DNA of 63,636 bases, counting the filler, from Olpidium bornovanus S191 (lineage: Eukaryota; Fungi; Olpidiomycota): NCBI GenBank assembly GCA_017911155.1. It is 31 parts of 31 records of this genome, joined end to end, with 100 filler letters (N's around TTAATTAATTAA, not from the genome) between each part and the next. Parts side by side here need not be neighbours in the genome. Positions count along the whole stretch, not along the records: positions 33,767 to 37,148 come from JAEFCI010009362.1; positions 37,249 to 38,388 come from JAEFCI010005706.1; positions 38,489 to 39,903 come from JAEFCI010008253.1; positions 40,004 to 43,360 come from JAEFCI010005362.1; positions 43,461 to 44,550 come from JAEFCI010007077.1; positions 44,651 to 46,061 come from JAEFCI010008799.1; positions 46,162 to 47,689 come from JAEFCI010013298.1; positions 47,790 to 49,407 come from JAEFCI010007038.1; 23 more parts are not named here. The stretch is one strand, 5' to 3'. Below the pieces are notes generated by a model. The model did not search any database. It was not told the DNA's origin and saw only the letters and a list, made by a program, of their open reading frames with translations. Both the position numbers and the translations under genes were made by a program. This document shows, in pieces, positions 37,021 to 49,407 of this stretch. Position 1 is the first letter of the stretch. Every line of letters begins with the position of its first letter.

Positions 37021-40003
37021 CGGCAGGGCATGTTCGCAGGCGGTCGGGAGGGTGATGGCGCGTGATGTGGTGAATCCTTTGCACATCGATCAACCCGCCG
37101 GCCAGCCTTTCACAATGGTTCCCCTCGAAACTGTGTTATTGAGGACACNNNNNNNNNNNNNNNNNNNNNNNNNNNNNNNNNNNNNNNNNNNNTTAATTAA
37201 TTAANNNNNNNNNNNNNNNNNNNNNNNNNNNNNNNNNNNNNNNNNNNNCATGACCATCGAGCGGAAAAAACGAGTTTTTCTGGAGAGGTAAAACGGCGGG
37301 AGGCGGGGGGGAAAAGAGGGGAGGGCACGTCCAAAAACGCTTGAGGTATCGAGATGAGAGAGGAAGGCAAAGGGCCTGCTGCTGGCGGGAAGGACGAGCT
37401 CTTCGGCGGCAATCTGTTTCTGGAGGAGGACGGCTGCTTCGAAAAGGCTTTTGTGGGAACTGCGGCGGGGGAGTTTTACGTTCCTGCGTTCGGGATTTCG
37501 CCGCGGCGGCGGGATAAGCAGGGAAGAGCGGGAACCTCCGACGGTCGCGGTTGTCCTCTTTCCCGCAATTGCCGCTCTGGCACGGCCGTCCGGGTTGGCG
37601 GAGCGGGGCGAGCGATTTCTTTCCGGGTTGTGGGCATCGGCGCTCCTCCCTTCCCCCCTCCCATTGGCCGGGGCATGGGAGGGGGAGGCCCGGGGATGTT
37701 CACCGTTGTGAGTTCTCGGATTCACCACGTTCCCGCGCCGATCCACGCTCCCCCTCTTGAACCCTTCCCCCGCGATTTTTTTTTTCTTTTCCCGGAAATC
37801 GTCGGCAACCCGGCTTGCGGGGGCTTTGCCTTCCTTCTCCGGGGTGTTTTTTTTTTCCGAGGCCGTAATTTTCCGCGGCGATCCCCCCGGCGGTTGCCCC
37901 TGACAACCGGGTTCAATTCCCGGGCCTCCCTTTTCCCCCTTTTCCCCGTGTTCAGAGTTAGGCGGAGATACCTTGACGACCGCGGGTGCGGGGGGAATTT
38001 TGCCGTGAGATTCGCGTACCAAAGCGCGCTGAACGCCAGCGCCAGCAAAGAAGCGGAGAGGGTGGTATCAAAATCAGGTAACGCCACACTGGTCTTTTGA
38101 TCGCGCCCCCATCCCCCCCCCCCTTTCGCTCCATTTTTTCACTTTCGGCAGCTTGAAGGCAAAGAGAGAAAGCGCTTAAGAATGCTTTATGTGACTGGGC
38201 CACACGCACAAATGGGACGTTCGTTTCGGCGTCTGGATAGAGGCTTTAGGGAAAGAACCTATCACACCGCCAACTTTTAGACCGCTGTTGGTGGGAAGCA
38301 ATTTCCAGATAACCTTTAAAATATTGGCAGCATCGAGTTTTCGAAAAAAGTTTTCGAGATGGATAACAACGGCGCGCACATTCTCATGNNNNNNNNNNNN
38401 NNNNNNNNNNNNNNNNNNNNNNNNNNNNNNNNTTAATTAATTAANNNNNNNNNNNNNNNNNNNNNNNNNNNNNNNNNNNNNNNNNNNNAGCAGAGGTCCC
38501 AAGCTCGCAGCATTATCCGGGGGTCGTCGGACGTCCTTCCAGCATAAGCTTCCGCCCGCGGCCTTTTGGGTCTTTTTATCTGCGCGGTCTCGGACGACCA
38601 TGCCTGACGAATTTCCCGATTTCCGTCTTTTCGCGGCCCGGGGCAGATCTTGGTCAACCTCCCCGACAAGGTGACAGTGCCGGGGGCATTGGAGGTGTTG
38701 CTTGCCGACCGGGAGGGCCTGCATAAATGGTGCCGACACACGTTATCCTGGCCTGAGGAGCCACGCTATTGCATAACTGAAACCAAAGAAAGCAGGTTTT
38801 GAAGGCGGCGCAGGGCCTCTTATTCGTGGGACGGTAATTGTCGAGAGTGGGCGATTACGCGTCAAGAAAGAGAGAGAGAGAGAGAGGAAGGACAGTCGGC
38901 TGCCTGTCGTATGGGTTCGCACGCGTTTTTAGGGGGCGGAAGGAGAGGCCTACGCGTTGTACAAAATTGCTCTGCGGCAACCAGCTTTTCACTCTTCCGC
39001 AGTAGTTGAAATTCTATGCTCGGTTTCTGGAATTTAATGCGTGGTTTTTGGTTTCCTCACACTTTCTCCCGTTTTCCCCTCGCACCCTTCGTTTCCCTTT
39101 ACTACAGCCGCCCCACCGTGACTGATGAGCTTGTCTCGAAAGTCACGGCCCGCCACGTGACGAAGCTTGTGGTGGTTTCTCGTGGTATCTTTTTGGTTTT
39201 TGCTCCTCTGTTCTTCTTCAACTCGCCGAACGCCACCCGCGACGCCGTCCTTCTCAACCCTTCCTTCGTTCGCCAAGTCTTCTGTTTTCACGCGCAACAA
39301 CACCTGTGTGCACAATGCCTTTTCACAACCGTCGTCACAACGAAGCAACCCGACAGGTCTTCACCGCATTCTGGAACCATCTTCTTCGAGACTTTCGCAG
39401 TCTTTCCGCGACGGCCACTGCCTGCGTCACGCAACGACCTTCTCCCGAACGCGAAACGACCCTTCGCGGCCGAATGATCCGCTTCGTGCACTTCTGTTGG
39501 CGTTTTCGGGCCATGGGAGATGGCGGCAACATCGAAGTTTGCGTCGCCTTACTGCAGTATGCCTGTTGAGCATGACGACAAGTTCGCACTGCATTTCTCT
39601 CTAGTTCTGACTGCTTCTCTTCTCCGCAGACTGCGTCGGTCTATGATCGTGTCGTTCTGCCAAGTGATGCAGTGGCCTCCGTCAATTTTTCTCCCTGCAG
39701 ACCCTCGCGAGCTCGAGTTCCTCTTCCTTCCGTCCGATCTCCAATACTGCGGTCCTGACGGTCCGATCGATCGCGATCACGACCCGCGACCCGACCCCGT
39801 CGTCGACGATTCTTATATCTAGTGTCGCTTTTTGGTGGACAAGGTCTTGGCCCCCTCCCCCGACGCCGAACTCCCAGACGACTATGTCCCTCCGGTCCTT
39901 GGGNNNNNNNNNNNNNNNNNNNNNNNNNNNNNNNNNNNNNNNNNNNNTTAATTAATTAANNNNNNNNNNNNNNNNNNNNNNNNNNNNNNNNNNNNNNNNN
40001 NNN

Positions 40004-42158
40004 ACATGGATGATTTCCCCGAGTCGGTATTTGGTATCTGACTCTGGGTGGGGTTTCCGCGTCTGTTTGCTCAATTGGTAAATTTTGCAGGACTCGGTTG
40101 GCTCCCAGGCCTGCACTCGCGTGAGATCACCTTACACTTGTTTTTGCAATAGCCAGAGGTTCCATTGTCTGAGATGTCCCAATTGCTTATGCCACAGGTG
40201 ATAGTCAGTTGAGGTGGCGGCGAGTGCAGTCATCCCCCTTTGTGTCCTTCCATCTGGCCATGGTTGGCCTTGCAGCCAGGTAGAATAGATGGGTGCAATC
40301 ATCCCGCGTCCCAGTAATTATGAGGGTGTCGTACCGTATCTTGGCCTCCTTCATAATCATGGCCTTTCCGTCTGCCGTGAAGAGGAGGTCCAATCCATTG
40401 TACGTCGCAGCAGGGAGGGTGATCAGGGACATTCTGAGATGTGGCCTGTGTAGCACGTCCTTTAACGTAAATTCAGCCCTGGTCTTGCTGTGCACCATGG
40501 ACACATCTCCTTCCATTGTAACGCTGTGGTTTTCGTCTTTCCCAGCTGCCCAAACCGCTTGCGACGTTCACCGTGTTGTCTTGAACCATCTGGACGGGTT
40601 GATCATATGCCTTGTATATCCGCTGTCAATCGTGGCACGTGGCTGCTCTATGCTTGCTGCGTTGGCATGAAAAACGGCGTTTGCCGTGCGGGTTTCACGT
40701 CCACGGCGGCGGTGGTGCCAACAGTGGCTTTAGGTGCCACATTCTGCGCTTTTGGTTTTGGCATCAGGAGCCTTGGGTTCCCTTTGTTCATTTGACGTGC
40801 GACACTCTTTCGCAATGTGCCCATGGATGGGCCTTTTTTTCTAGTCACCAATTATACGAAGGCCATTGTACTATGTTCAAATTTTCCAAACTCGGGGGTC
40901 ATGAGCATGACTCGTATTTTTTCGTCACAGCTTCGCCCAGAGTGGAACCTCATCGCCGAGAATTGTTCGTCCCTTGGAATGGGGATCTGGAGATACAGAT
41001 AGTTGAATGTTTCGATGTACTTTTCAATGTCCCCGTCACACTTAGCCTGGGATAGGTTTGCCAGATCCTTCATGGGCATTTTTTGGTGTTCACGCCGGTG
41101 GTACTGTTGGTAAAGGGTATCCAGCAGCTCTTCCCATTCTGTCCAACGACCATGGCTGCCGCGCCGGTAGTTCTTAGAGTGGCTTCTCCAAAGGAGACTT
41201 GCTTGTCTGCCTAGCTTATTGGTAGCTAGCGCCAGGGCTTCTGCCGGGTTGAAGCGCCCGGCTTCCGTGGACGTCTCCATTTTTTCTATGAAGTCGGTGA
41301 CGATCACCGCCCCTCCTGGACTCACAAATTGTGGGACGGAGGCCAGTAGTGCTCTAACCACAAGGCCCGAAGGTATGGAATCGGCGCTCCCATGGTGCTT
41401 GCCGCGTCCGGCATAAAGGCTGTGGTCGCGGTTTTCCGTGCCGCGCGTGTTTTCGTCATCTGGGCGCAGGTCTGAGCTGACCAACTCTTCAACCGTGTCT
41501 TGGAGGTCTTGGAGTTTGTCTTCCATGACGGCCATTTCCCTTTGGAAGGAGGCCACCCTGTCACGTAGGGCAGCCATTTCCGCGTCTGCATTTTCACGCA
41601 CACGGCGCCGCTTCTCCTCCTTTGCTTGTTCTCGTTGTAGCAGAACGGAGTCCCCTATTCTTCTCGATTTCTCTGACAGTCCGGTCATTCAGGACGTGTT
41701 GGACAATACGGACTCTCTCAACAGGCTTTGCGCGCCGGTCTTGGTGGCATCACAGGACATTCCCCTTCCGCGTTCGGGGGTGAAGAAGGAGGCTATGCCT
41801 TCCTCCGGCGTGCCCCTGAGTTCACCCGGCATGGCTGTTGGGCCAAACCACAGTTGCTGCGGCCGGGGCAGTCTTTTTGCTTTTTTGCTTTTCGACGGTA
41901 AGCGCCTCGTTCTTGGTCAGGGCAGTCCCTTTGAACTCATAACCTGTTGGAGCAGAGCCGAAGAAGAAGGCGAAGATGCAGCGTACACCGCGAGCCCGAA
42001 AGGACGAGAAGGAAAGGAGAACTGCATTCGGGGCGGTTGTTTTCTGGTTTTTCCGGGCCCTATTTTATATGGCGGCAACTAAGGAATCTACGCAGGGGTA
42101 TCGCGGGCTGGCGTGCGCGCAATGCGTCTACGGCTCAGCCCCCCCCTCTTATTCTACA
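40004..42158 (-). mobile_element. Degenerate Ty1/copia-type LTR retrotransposon, 5' half (LTR-PBS-Gag-CCHC-PR-pre-integrase-IN start)
   Basis: On the minus strand: LTR TGTAGA..TATAAAA..TCCAACA (42158-41945); PBS GGTTATGAG (41944-41936); Gag 41688-40852; knuckle half GHIAKEC; protease IDSGYTRHM..LKDVLHRPHLRMSLI; LWHKQLGHL; C..SKQTRKPH..LGEIIH. Stops and frameshifts are present. Confidence 0.88.
41945..42158 (-). repeat. 5' LTR (about 214 bp) of the copia element
   Basis: TG..CA termini with imperfect inverted ends, an internal TATA, and an adjacent copia-type PBS. The partner LTR is not in the contig. Confidence 0.65.
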
Positions 42159-43460
42159 GAGACGGCCGGCACAAAACCCACCTCCCGCAAACGCGTGCGG
42201 TGGCGCGCGGCTGGCGGTTTTTTCTCGACACAAAAAAAAAAAAAAAAAAAAAAAAAAAATAAAAGGGGTCGTCCGCGCGGGGTGTGTGTGTGTGAACGAC
42301 GACGGCCGCCCCCGGAATCTCACGTATTTCGCTCGACGTGGCGGGGGGGCGGCGGGGGACGAGAGAGAGAGGCGGGTTTTCGGGGCTGGACGGGTGCTTT
42401 CGCGGCGCGGCGTCTTGGTAAACGGGGGGCGGGGCCCCTTTTCTCACTTTGCTTTTTCGGAGAGAGACTTCTTGCAGAGGTCGGCTTGGGCTCCCCCCCC
42501 CCGCCCCCGGCTCCCGCACGAGTGTCCCTCCCCGTCCGGGGCGCGCCAAAAGCGTCACGGTCCTCGTGAGCCCCCGTCGGCGCGGCGTTGTTCCCTGTGT
42601 GGCTCTTCTCTGCAACCCTCCTTGCCGAGGACACGTCAAGACCGAAAAGGGGGCCCCCCCCCCCCCCCCCCCCCACCCCTCCCGCGTTGCCCAGCCTCGG
42701 GTCCGCGGTGGACAGAAGTCGCCTTTGTACCGCGTTCCTTGGGCTCTTTTCGCGTGATCAAACGCGCTTCCGGTCCGGCCGCGACCAGGGAACGGTCAAA
42801 AGGCCGCTTGGTCGCGTGTCGCCGACGGGGACGGGGAGGGGAAACAGCGACGCGCGGGGAAAAAAAAAAAAAAAAAAAACTCGGGGCGTTTGGGGCTCCC
42901 GCCCCCCTTTCGGCGTGTTTGGGCGGAATCGTCTCCGCCGGTTCCCTTTTCTGACGGGCGCTTCGGTCGGAGGAATTTCGGGTTTTTTTCTCCCTCCAGA
43001 CCAAGACCCGCCTGGTTGTTGCCTTCCCCGCCTTTCCGTTTGCGAACCGGCTCCGTCAACCGTACATCACCCGCCGAAAGGCGCGCGCGGCCCCGCCCGC
43101 CGGTGGAGAACCCCGCGCGGATCCCGCGCCGCGGCGTGAGGGGGGAGGGGGCCGAACTCCTCCGCGCGGGGGAGGCACGAAAATTTTGGCGGCGGCTTTT
43201 TTTTTTCCGGATCCTGGCCGCTCCCCCCTTCTCGAGTCGCCCGCGCGGCGGCGGGGGGTAAAATGGGAGGGGGAGGGGGAATTCGCGAAGAGGATGGAAG
43301 GTTGTTTTTTTGGCGCGTCTCATTTTTTCTTTTTGTTTTTTTATCTTTTTTTTTTCCATGNNNNNNNNNNNNNNNNNNNNNNNNNNNNNNNNNNNNNNNN
43401 NNNNTTAATTAATTAANNNNNNNNNNNNNNNNNNNNNNNNNNNNNNNNNNNNNNNNNNNN

Positions 43461-44472
43461 CATGGAGCAGGCCGAGGCGCTGTTCGTTTCGTTGGTCCTG
43501 GCGCTCGTCAACGACGAGGCGAGAAAGTGCCGGGAGATGGCTTCGGTGCTTATCAAGGCGCTGATCCTGCGGATGGAGAGCGCGGGACGGACGGACCGGA
43601 TGTACGGCCTGTTGAACGGCTGGATGAAGCAATGCGAGCGGCAGCGCAACCTCGCGCGGACCGCCATCCAGGTCTTCGGCCTCGCCGTCGAGGCGTTCGA
43701 CATCCGGTTCAAAAAACAGATCCCCACGCTCGTCTCTCACATCCGGACCGTCCTGGAACTCTGCCGCAGATCTCTCCAGGAGGCGGAGGAAAAAACCGCG
43801 GCGGATCCCGGAGCGCGGTCGTCGGCGGACGGAGTCGCCGACTGGGAGATGGCGTACTTTTCGCTCGCCACCCTGTCGAAGCTCCTCAAGCAGTTCCCCA
43901 ACCTCGCGCACGACAGGTCGCCCGCGGTCGAGGACGTGTGGCGCGTCGTCGCCTCCGACGCCATGATGCTGAACCCCCACACCTGGGTCCGGTCGTCGGC
44001 GGCGAGGCTGCTCGGCGTGTACTTCGCCGGCGTCGAGGAGCGGCAGATACGCGGAGATCCGGGAAGTCCGCGGCCGCCGCTCATGGAGGACGCCCGCCTG
44101 CTCCAGATCGCGCAGTTCACTCTGCTGCAGCTCAAGACGCGCAACTCCACCGAGGACTTCGACATGCAGGTCACCAAGAACCTCGTCTTCCTCGGCCGGT
44201 GCCTCTTGCACCTGCCGGCCGGCGAGGCCGCGCCCGCGCGGGCGGCCGTCGAGAACGACGAGGACCGCGCGAGCGAGGACGAGAACGTCCAGGACGACGA
44301 TGCCGCGGCGGAAGCCGACGACGCTGAGGAGAGCGCGACGGTTTCCGGCCCCGCGCACCGAAAGCGGAACGAGGCCCTCGCGCGCGCCGCGACAAAGAGC
44401 CTGCTGCCGTTCTGCAAGCGCGTGTCGCTCATGGCGCGGAAGGCCCAAGCGCAAGCGGACGCGGTCAAGCAG
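43461..44472 (+). CDS. UTP20: U3 snoRNA-associated protein UTP20, C-terminal-region exon
   Basis: LFVSLVLALVNDEARKCREMASVLIKAL, WEMAYFSL..SKL, LNPHTWVRSSAARLLGVYF and QVTKNLVFL. Confidence 0.85.
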
Positions 44473-45358
44473 GTGCGGGAAGGACCCTTTTTTTTGCAAC
44501 GTATTTTCCCCTTGCCAAGTTTCCGACGTTTTTCGAAAACCGCGTTCTAANNNNNNNNNNNNNNNNNNNNNNNNNNNNNNNNNNNNNNNNNNNNTTAATT
44601 AATTAANNNNNNNNNNNNNNNNNNNNNNNNNNNNNNNNNNNNNNNNNNNNCATGTCGTTCGTTAACTTTGGACTTTGATCACTTTGCGTCCTCTTAGACA
44701 CGCCACGCTAACAGGTAATGCTGCCGAGGAGAATTTCGAACGAACGTCCGGCGGAACTTTCGATGCAGCTTTGCGAACGCGGCCAGCAACGTCAAAATTA
44801 TGCGCTGCGCAGCGCCCTCGGTGGGTCCAATTTGACCGGTCGCGTCGCTGAAAGGGACGGTCGCCGTCCAAAACGCGCCCCCCAGCGGGCGGCTCCCGCG
44901 GACGGCAGAATTTGGCTGCTCGGCTCAGAACGAACGACCCACCCCAAAAAATTCGACAGCTGGCGGTGCGAGCCGGTGATCCATCCTATTGAATATTTAC
45001 ATTAGATTCATCACGCGAAAAAAGCTAGCGTATTACGTCGAGAAAAATGAATGGCGAAATTAGGTGGGGAAGATACGCATTTCCTTGGCATGAGGTACGG
45101 GTGCAGACGCGGTCGCTGTCACAAGACGCGTCGATGCGTTATGTGGTGTGTTGGATGATGTGACAAAAAAAAAATAATAATAAAAAATGGGGGGGGAAAG
45201 GGAAGCATTTGCAAGTGTGCAGAGATTTCTGGAGTTTTCTATGCGCGTGTGCGTGCAGTGGGTGAGAATGCTATGCCTGATGCCTTAAATCGATTAATGA
45301 CGGAACCAGTCGGCGCTCTGAGCCCAGGGACAAACAATCGACGCGGACTTTCGGGTAC

Positions 45359-46061
45359 TTATGCGCGGCCGCGACCTCCCCTGCCGCGTCCGCCTGCACC
45401 GATGATGCCTCCAAATCTACCGCCTCCGCGATTATTTTCAGCGCCGTTCCCCGCGTTATTTCCCGCGCCGGTTCCCGCGTCATTTTCCGCGCCGGTTCCC
45501 GCGTCATTTTCCGCGCCGGTTCCCGGGTCATTTTCCGCGCCGGTTCCTGCGTCGTTTTCCGCGCCGTTTTCTGCGTCATTTCCAGCATTGTTCCCGCCGT
45601 TGTTTCCTGTGGCGGTTTTCGGCGTTATTTTCCGTCCCCGTTTTCCAAACGTCGTCGGCGTTTCGCAATTCACCGGGCCATTTACCTCCTGCGTCCCCTG
45701 CGTCATTTCCGCTGCCGTTGTTATCGCCGACGTTCACTCGAATGCAGTCGTCCTGCGCGCCGCGCTGGGCGATGGGCATGACGGTCGGCTGGTGCGAGAA
45801 CGATCCGGACATCGAGCATATCCGGTAGGTTCCCGCCGTGTTAAGGGTGCCGGCGGGGACGTCCACAAACAGCGTGCCGTCAGCTCCTGCGGCGTCGTTG
45901 AGGCCTGTTGACATGCGCGGGCTGCTGTTGAGACGATGCACATGCGCGTCAACGGTGGTGAGTTTTGACGCTGCCCGCTTACCTTGGAAGAAATCTTTCT
46001 GGTTAGCGTCGGGTGCCTCGGTCAGAGACGTCAGCTGCTGAATTGTAACGTGCTGATGACC
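45359..46061 (-). CDS. Uncharacterised fungal protein family (HQP.MP.AQRG.QDDC motif) with G/N/D-rich repeat tail, 3' part
   Basis: Spliced GHQHVTIQQL..DFFQ|GLNDAAGADGTL..GTYRICSMSGSFSHQPTVMPIAQRGAQDDCIRVNV..DAG|GNNGG..(AENDAGTG)n..RGGRGRA*. Introns at 45905-45982 and 45607-45685. I recall this motif from a widespread fungal family often mislabelled 'ribosomal protein S17'. Confidence 0.72.
45441..45584. repeat. Coding 24-bp tandem repeat, about 6 copies
   Basis: Unit GCGCCGGTTCCCGCGTCATTTTCC at 45441, 45465, 45489, 45513, 45537 and 45561; it encodes AENDAGTG-type octapeptides on the minus strand. Confidence 0.92.
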
Positions 46062-47411
46062 NNNNNNNNNNNNNNNNNNNNNNNNNNNNNNNNNNNNNNN
46101 NNNNNTTAATTAATTAANNNNNNNNNNNNNNNNNNNNNNNNNNNNNNNNNNNNNNNNNNNNCATGTTGCCCGTCAGGTAGCTTTTCGGACTTCTGCCTTT
46201 TGGCTCACTTTCGACTTTCGACCACTTTTTCAATGGCTCTTCCGGTTTGCAGATAACAGCTGATATGGAGGAAGGGGGTAGATTCCGGTGGATCCAGTCT
46301 TGCTACCGCAATAGATTACTATAGCTGTCATTGTGAACCCTTGCATATGCACGCCGACTTTCACCCGGGCACATAACTCTGTCCCAAACCTGACCTGGGG
46401 TGGGCAGAATACCTCTGTTTTCGAGATTATCGTCGAATGTTTGGGCGAGTCGAAAACAGGCTGTTTCTGGTGAAATACTTGCACCTTCAAGTGCTGCATG
46501 CAGGATGCGTCAAACATAGTATAGTCGGTTTTGTGCATGCGTCAAACTTAGCCGGTTTCGCAACCGTTGCCCAGGAAGCACCACGTGGAGGTGTTTGACG
46601 AGCTTCCCTTTTCTTTTTCTTGGAAAAAAAGAAACCCTCAGGGAGGTAAAGAAAACCCTGGTCGTTCAGAGGAGTCACGAAAAAACGGAATTGCGGGATT
46701 GGGGTCGTTAGCCGCAAGTATTTGAGAAGCACGAAAGGCAGAGCTGATGGTTCGATTCGTGGACCCAATCCCGGAAACGCGAACGCAAGTGCGTCCAGTG
46801 GACTAACACAGTTTCGAGAGGAACCGCTGAGAAGGGCAGGCCAAACTGTTATCGAAGTGCAAAGGATATGCCAGCCGGCCACGCGCCAGCTCCCGACCTT
46901 CAGGCGGCCCGTGCCATGCCAGCAACCGGTTACTCAGTTGCCCCCGGCAAATTCAGGTTAGAATGAGTCTGCTGAAGGAGAGCCTTTTCTTCTCTGCCAG
47001 AGCCTACTGGGACAATCTTCGCACAGGGTTCTACCCGAGTACCTAGGCAAGCTTTCGCCGGCGCTGGGGGAGCGTCTGCACTGCGCACAGTGGGCGGCCA
47101 AGTTCCATGCGCAATGGCAAGAGAGGAAGTGTAACGGAACCACTGACCTCTCTTTTTTCTCGCGTTTACACGCGCCGCTGCTGGAAGTGCGCGACCAGTT
47201 TCGCGCTGTCTTCCGTTTCCTTCGCTTGTGGTGGGGGTAAGGAAAGGCGCGGAAGCGCTGGATTCTGAAGAGCGCGGGGCTCGGCGCGAGGGATGCGGGT
47301 ATGACCCTTTTCTGTTTGTGGTGCGGGGACGATACGGGGCGGGGGGCCTCGCGCGGGGGCGGCTGCCTTTTATGGTGGGCAGGCGCGGCTGTGCGGAAAA
47401 CCCTGGGGGCG

Positions 47412-47442
<31 letters not shown>

Positions 47443-47843
47443 GGAAGGGGGGAAGCCGACCGGAAGCCGGCCGAAGGTCAGTTGTCACTTTTACCGGGGG
47501 GCGGGGGGGGGGGGACGTAAACAAAAGCCAGAGTTGGCCGGGTTGACGGACGAGGGCCCCGGCCAGGGCATGAATACACAACCGCCCCGCCTTTTTCGCA
47601 CCGCAACACACAACCGCTTTTCCCTGAAACCGATTTCCCCGCGTCGCCCCCAAACCCCCGTCCACGCGCTTCGCTCCGCAGCCGGCTCANNNNNNNNNNN
47701 NNNNNNNNNNNNNNNNNNNNNNNNNNNNNNNNNTTAATTAATTAANNNNNNNNNNNNNNNNNNNNNNNNNNNNNNNNNNNNNNNNNNNNCATGGTTACTT
47801 TTCATCCATTTCCGCAAACGACTCGACGGCAGCGCTCACGATC

Positions 47844-49407
47844 TCAAGCGATCTCAAGGAGAACGGTCAGCTTCTCCGCCAGCACGTCACCTTTTGCATC
47901 GGTTCCCCGCCCGTCACCGCCGCTCCCCGGGCCGGAGCGAGTCTTGCTCGGCGAGCGCCTGGCCCTCGGAACCACCGGCTCGCCGAGAGAGCTCTCCACG
48001 GACAGCACCAGCTTTCGAAACTGGGCCCGGCGGGCTTTGAGCGCGTCCCTGTCCCCGGCCGCGAGGCCCTTCACTTTCGTCGCCGCGTCGGGTATGGTCT
48101 TTTTTTTTTTTTTGGTTTTTCGTTCGCCAAAAAGTCAGCAGGAACGCGAAATCACCCTTTCCCCCTGGAAACCGGCCTCTTACCTCGATGAACCGGGCGA
48201 AGGTTTCAACGGGCAGAGTCTTCAACTCGAACGCCAGCTCCACGAACAAGGTTTGGTGGCATATCACGTTCGAGTACGTCAAGTTGGTCATCTGGAGCAA
48301 AAAGGTGCGGGGGAGGGGGGAATGGCCGGGGCGGGGAAAAGTTTTGGCGCGCAAATTCGCGTGGAATCCGAGCTTTCAAGGTAATTTTTTTTAAAAAAAA
48401 AGAAACTTTTTCGACTCACAGCCTGCAGGATCCGCTGCACCTGCGCGAAGACGGCCGCGGGCGTGTTTTCGACCCGGAGGTGGCCGACCAGGGTTTGCAG
48501 CGTCTTCCCCATTTTCGTCAGCGGCCGGGTTCCCCCGCAGTCCGGCAGCGACTGCACCAGAAGGGACAGTCGGTTCGTCTGCGGGTAGAGAAGAGGCCAG
48601 CGGGGTCAGCCGGGGAACGGCGGCGGGTTCGCCTTCTCTCTCTTAAAAAAAAATAAAGCGGAAAAGCAGCCCAGGGGGGGGGTCCCCGCCTTTGCTGAGT
48701 TTCAGGTCCACCTCGACCATGTCGGCCGCGAGCTCTAGGAGCAGGACGCCGTACGCGGCCTGCGGAACGCGGCCGTTATCCTCATATACCGAAAAAAAAA
48801 AAAAAAAAGAAGAAGAAAGAAGAGTCCCAGCTGTTCCCCCACTTTGCGCAGCTCGTCGTCCCCTCCGATCGCTGCCGTCTTGCGCTTCCGGCATCCCGCT
48901 CCCGTCTTCTTCTCTGCCGGCGGCGAAACCGCGGCGTCGTCCAGGTCTGTCGAAGAGCCCGACGCAGCGCCCGGCCGTTCGACGCAAACTCGGCCGGCGG
49001 CGGCGGCGGCTTCCTTCCGCAGCGCGAGGGCCTTCGTGACAAAACTCCAGAGGCGGACGTCCGGTTCGGCATCCGCGCGGCACGACCGCGCGCCCGGCGG
49101 ACCGGCGCCGGCGGTTCCCACGGCGTCGCGTTCCGGGCGCGCGCAATCGCCGTCGTCGTCGTTGTCGGCGCGGCGCCTACGGTCGTACGAGCTGCTGAAA
49201 ACGCGGAGCAGGGCGCGCGGGTGGCGCGCGAGCGTGCGCTTGAACGCCGCGCGGGCGAGGGCGACTTCGTCGCGGAAGCCGCCGCCGCCGCCGCCGCCGC
49301 CGCGGAGGTACCTCACCCACCCGGAGGCGGACGGCGACGGCTCCGCGCCGAGCAGGAGGACGTCGCGGAAGGTCGCGTACAGGACCCAGCGCGGCGGCTC
49401 CACGCCC
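47844..49407 (-). CDS. Unidentified multi-exon helical protein, 3' part
   Basis: Consistent GT-AG exon chain: ..DDELRK|VYEDNGRVPQAAYGVLLLELAADMVEVDLKLSK|..VFAQVQRILQA|MTNLTYSNVICHQTLFVELAFEL..|..EKLTVLLEIA*. Family not recognised. Confidence 0.55.

Noticed and set aside
38489-39903. ORFs of 100-150 aa in this contig (similarly 25466-25870, 26260-27184, 37249-38388, 46162-47689)
   Set aside because: No recognisable motif or consistent exon chain; overlapping ORFs are expected at this GC content.
43405-44499. Long antisense ORFs opposite UTP20 (also opposite SOK1, SIT4 and BDF1)
   Set aside because: Shadow ORFs caused by high GC at third codon positions in the real genes.
45576-45706. Apparent frameshift or pseudogene in the repeat-tail gene
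   Set aside because: A canonical GTAAAT..CACAG intron (45607-45685) restores the frame.
46187-46206. CTTCTGCCTTTTGGCT resembling the U2 snRNA 5' end
   Set aside because: The match is about 15 nt and is not followed by AAGATCAAGTGTAGTA or an Sm site.
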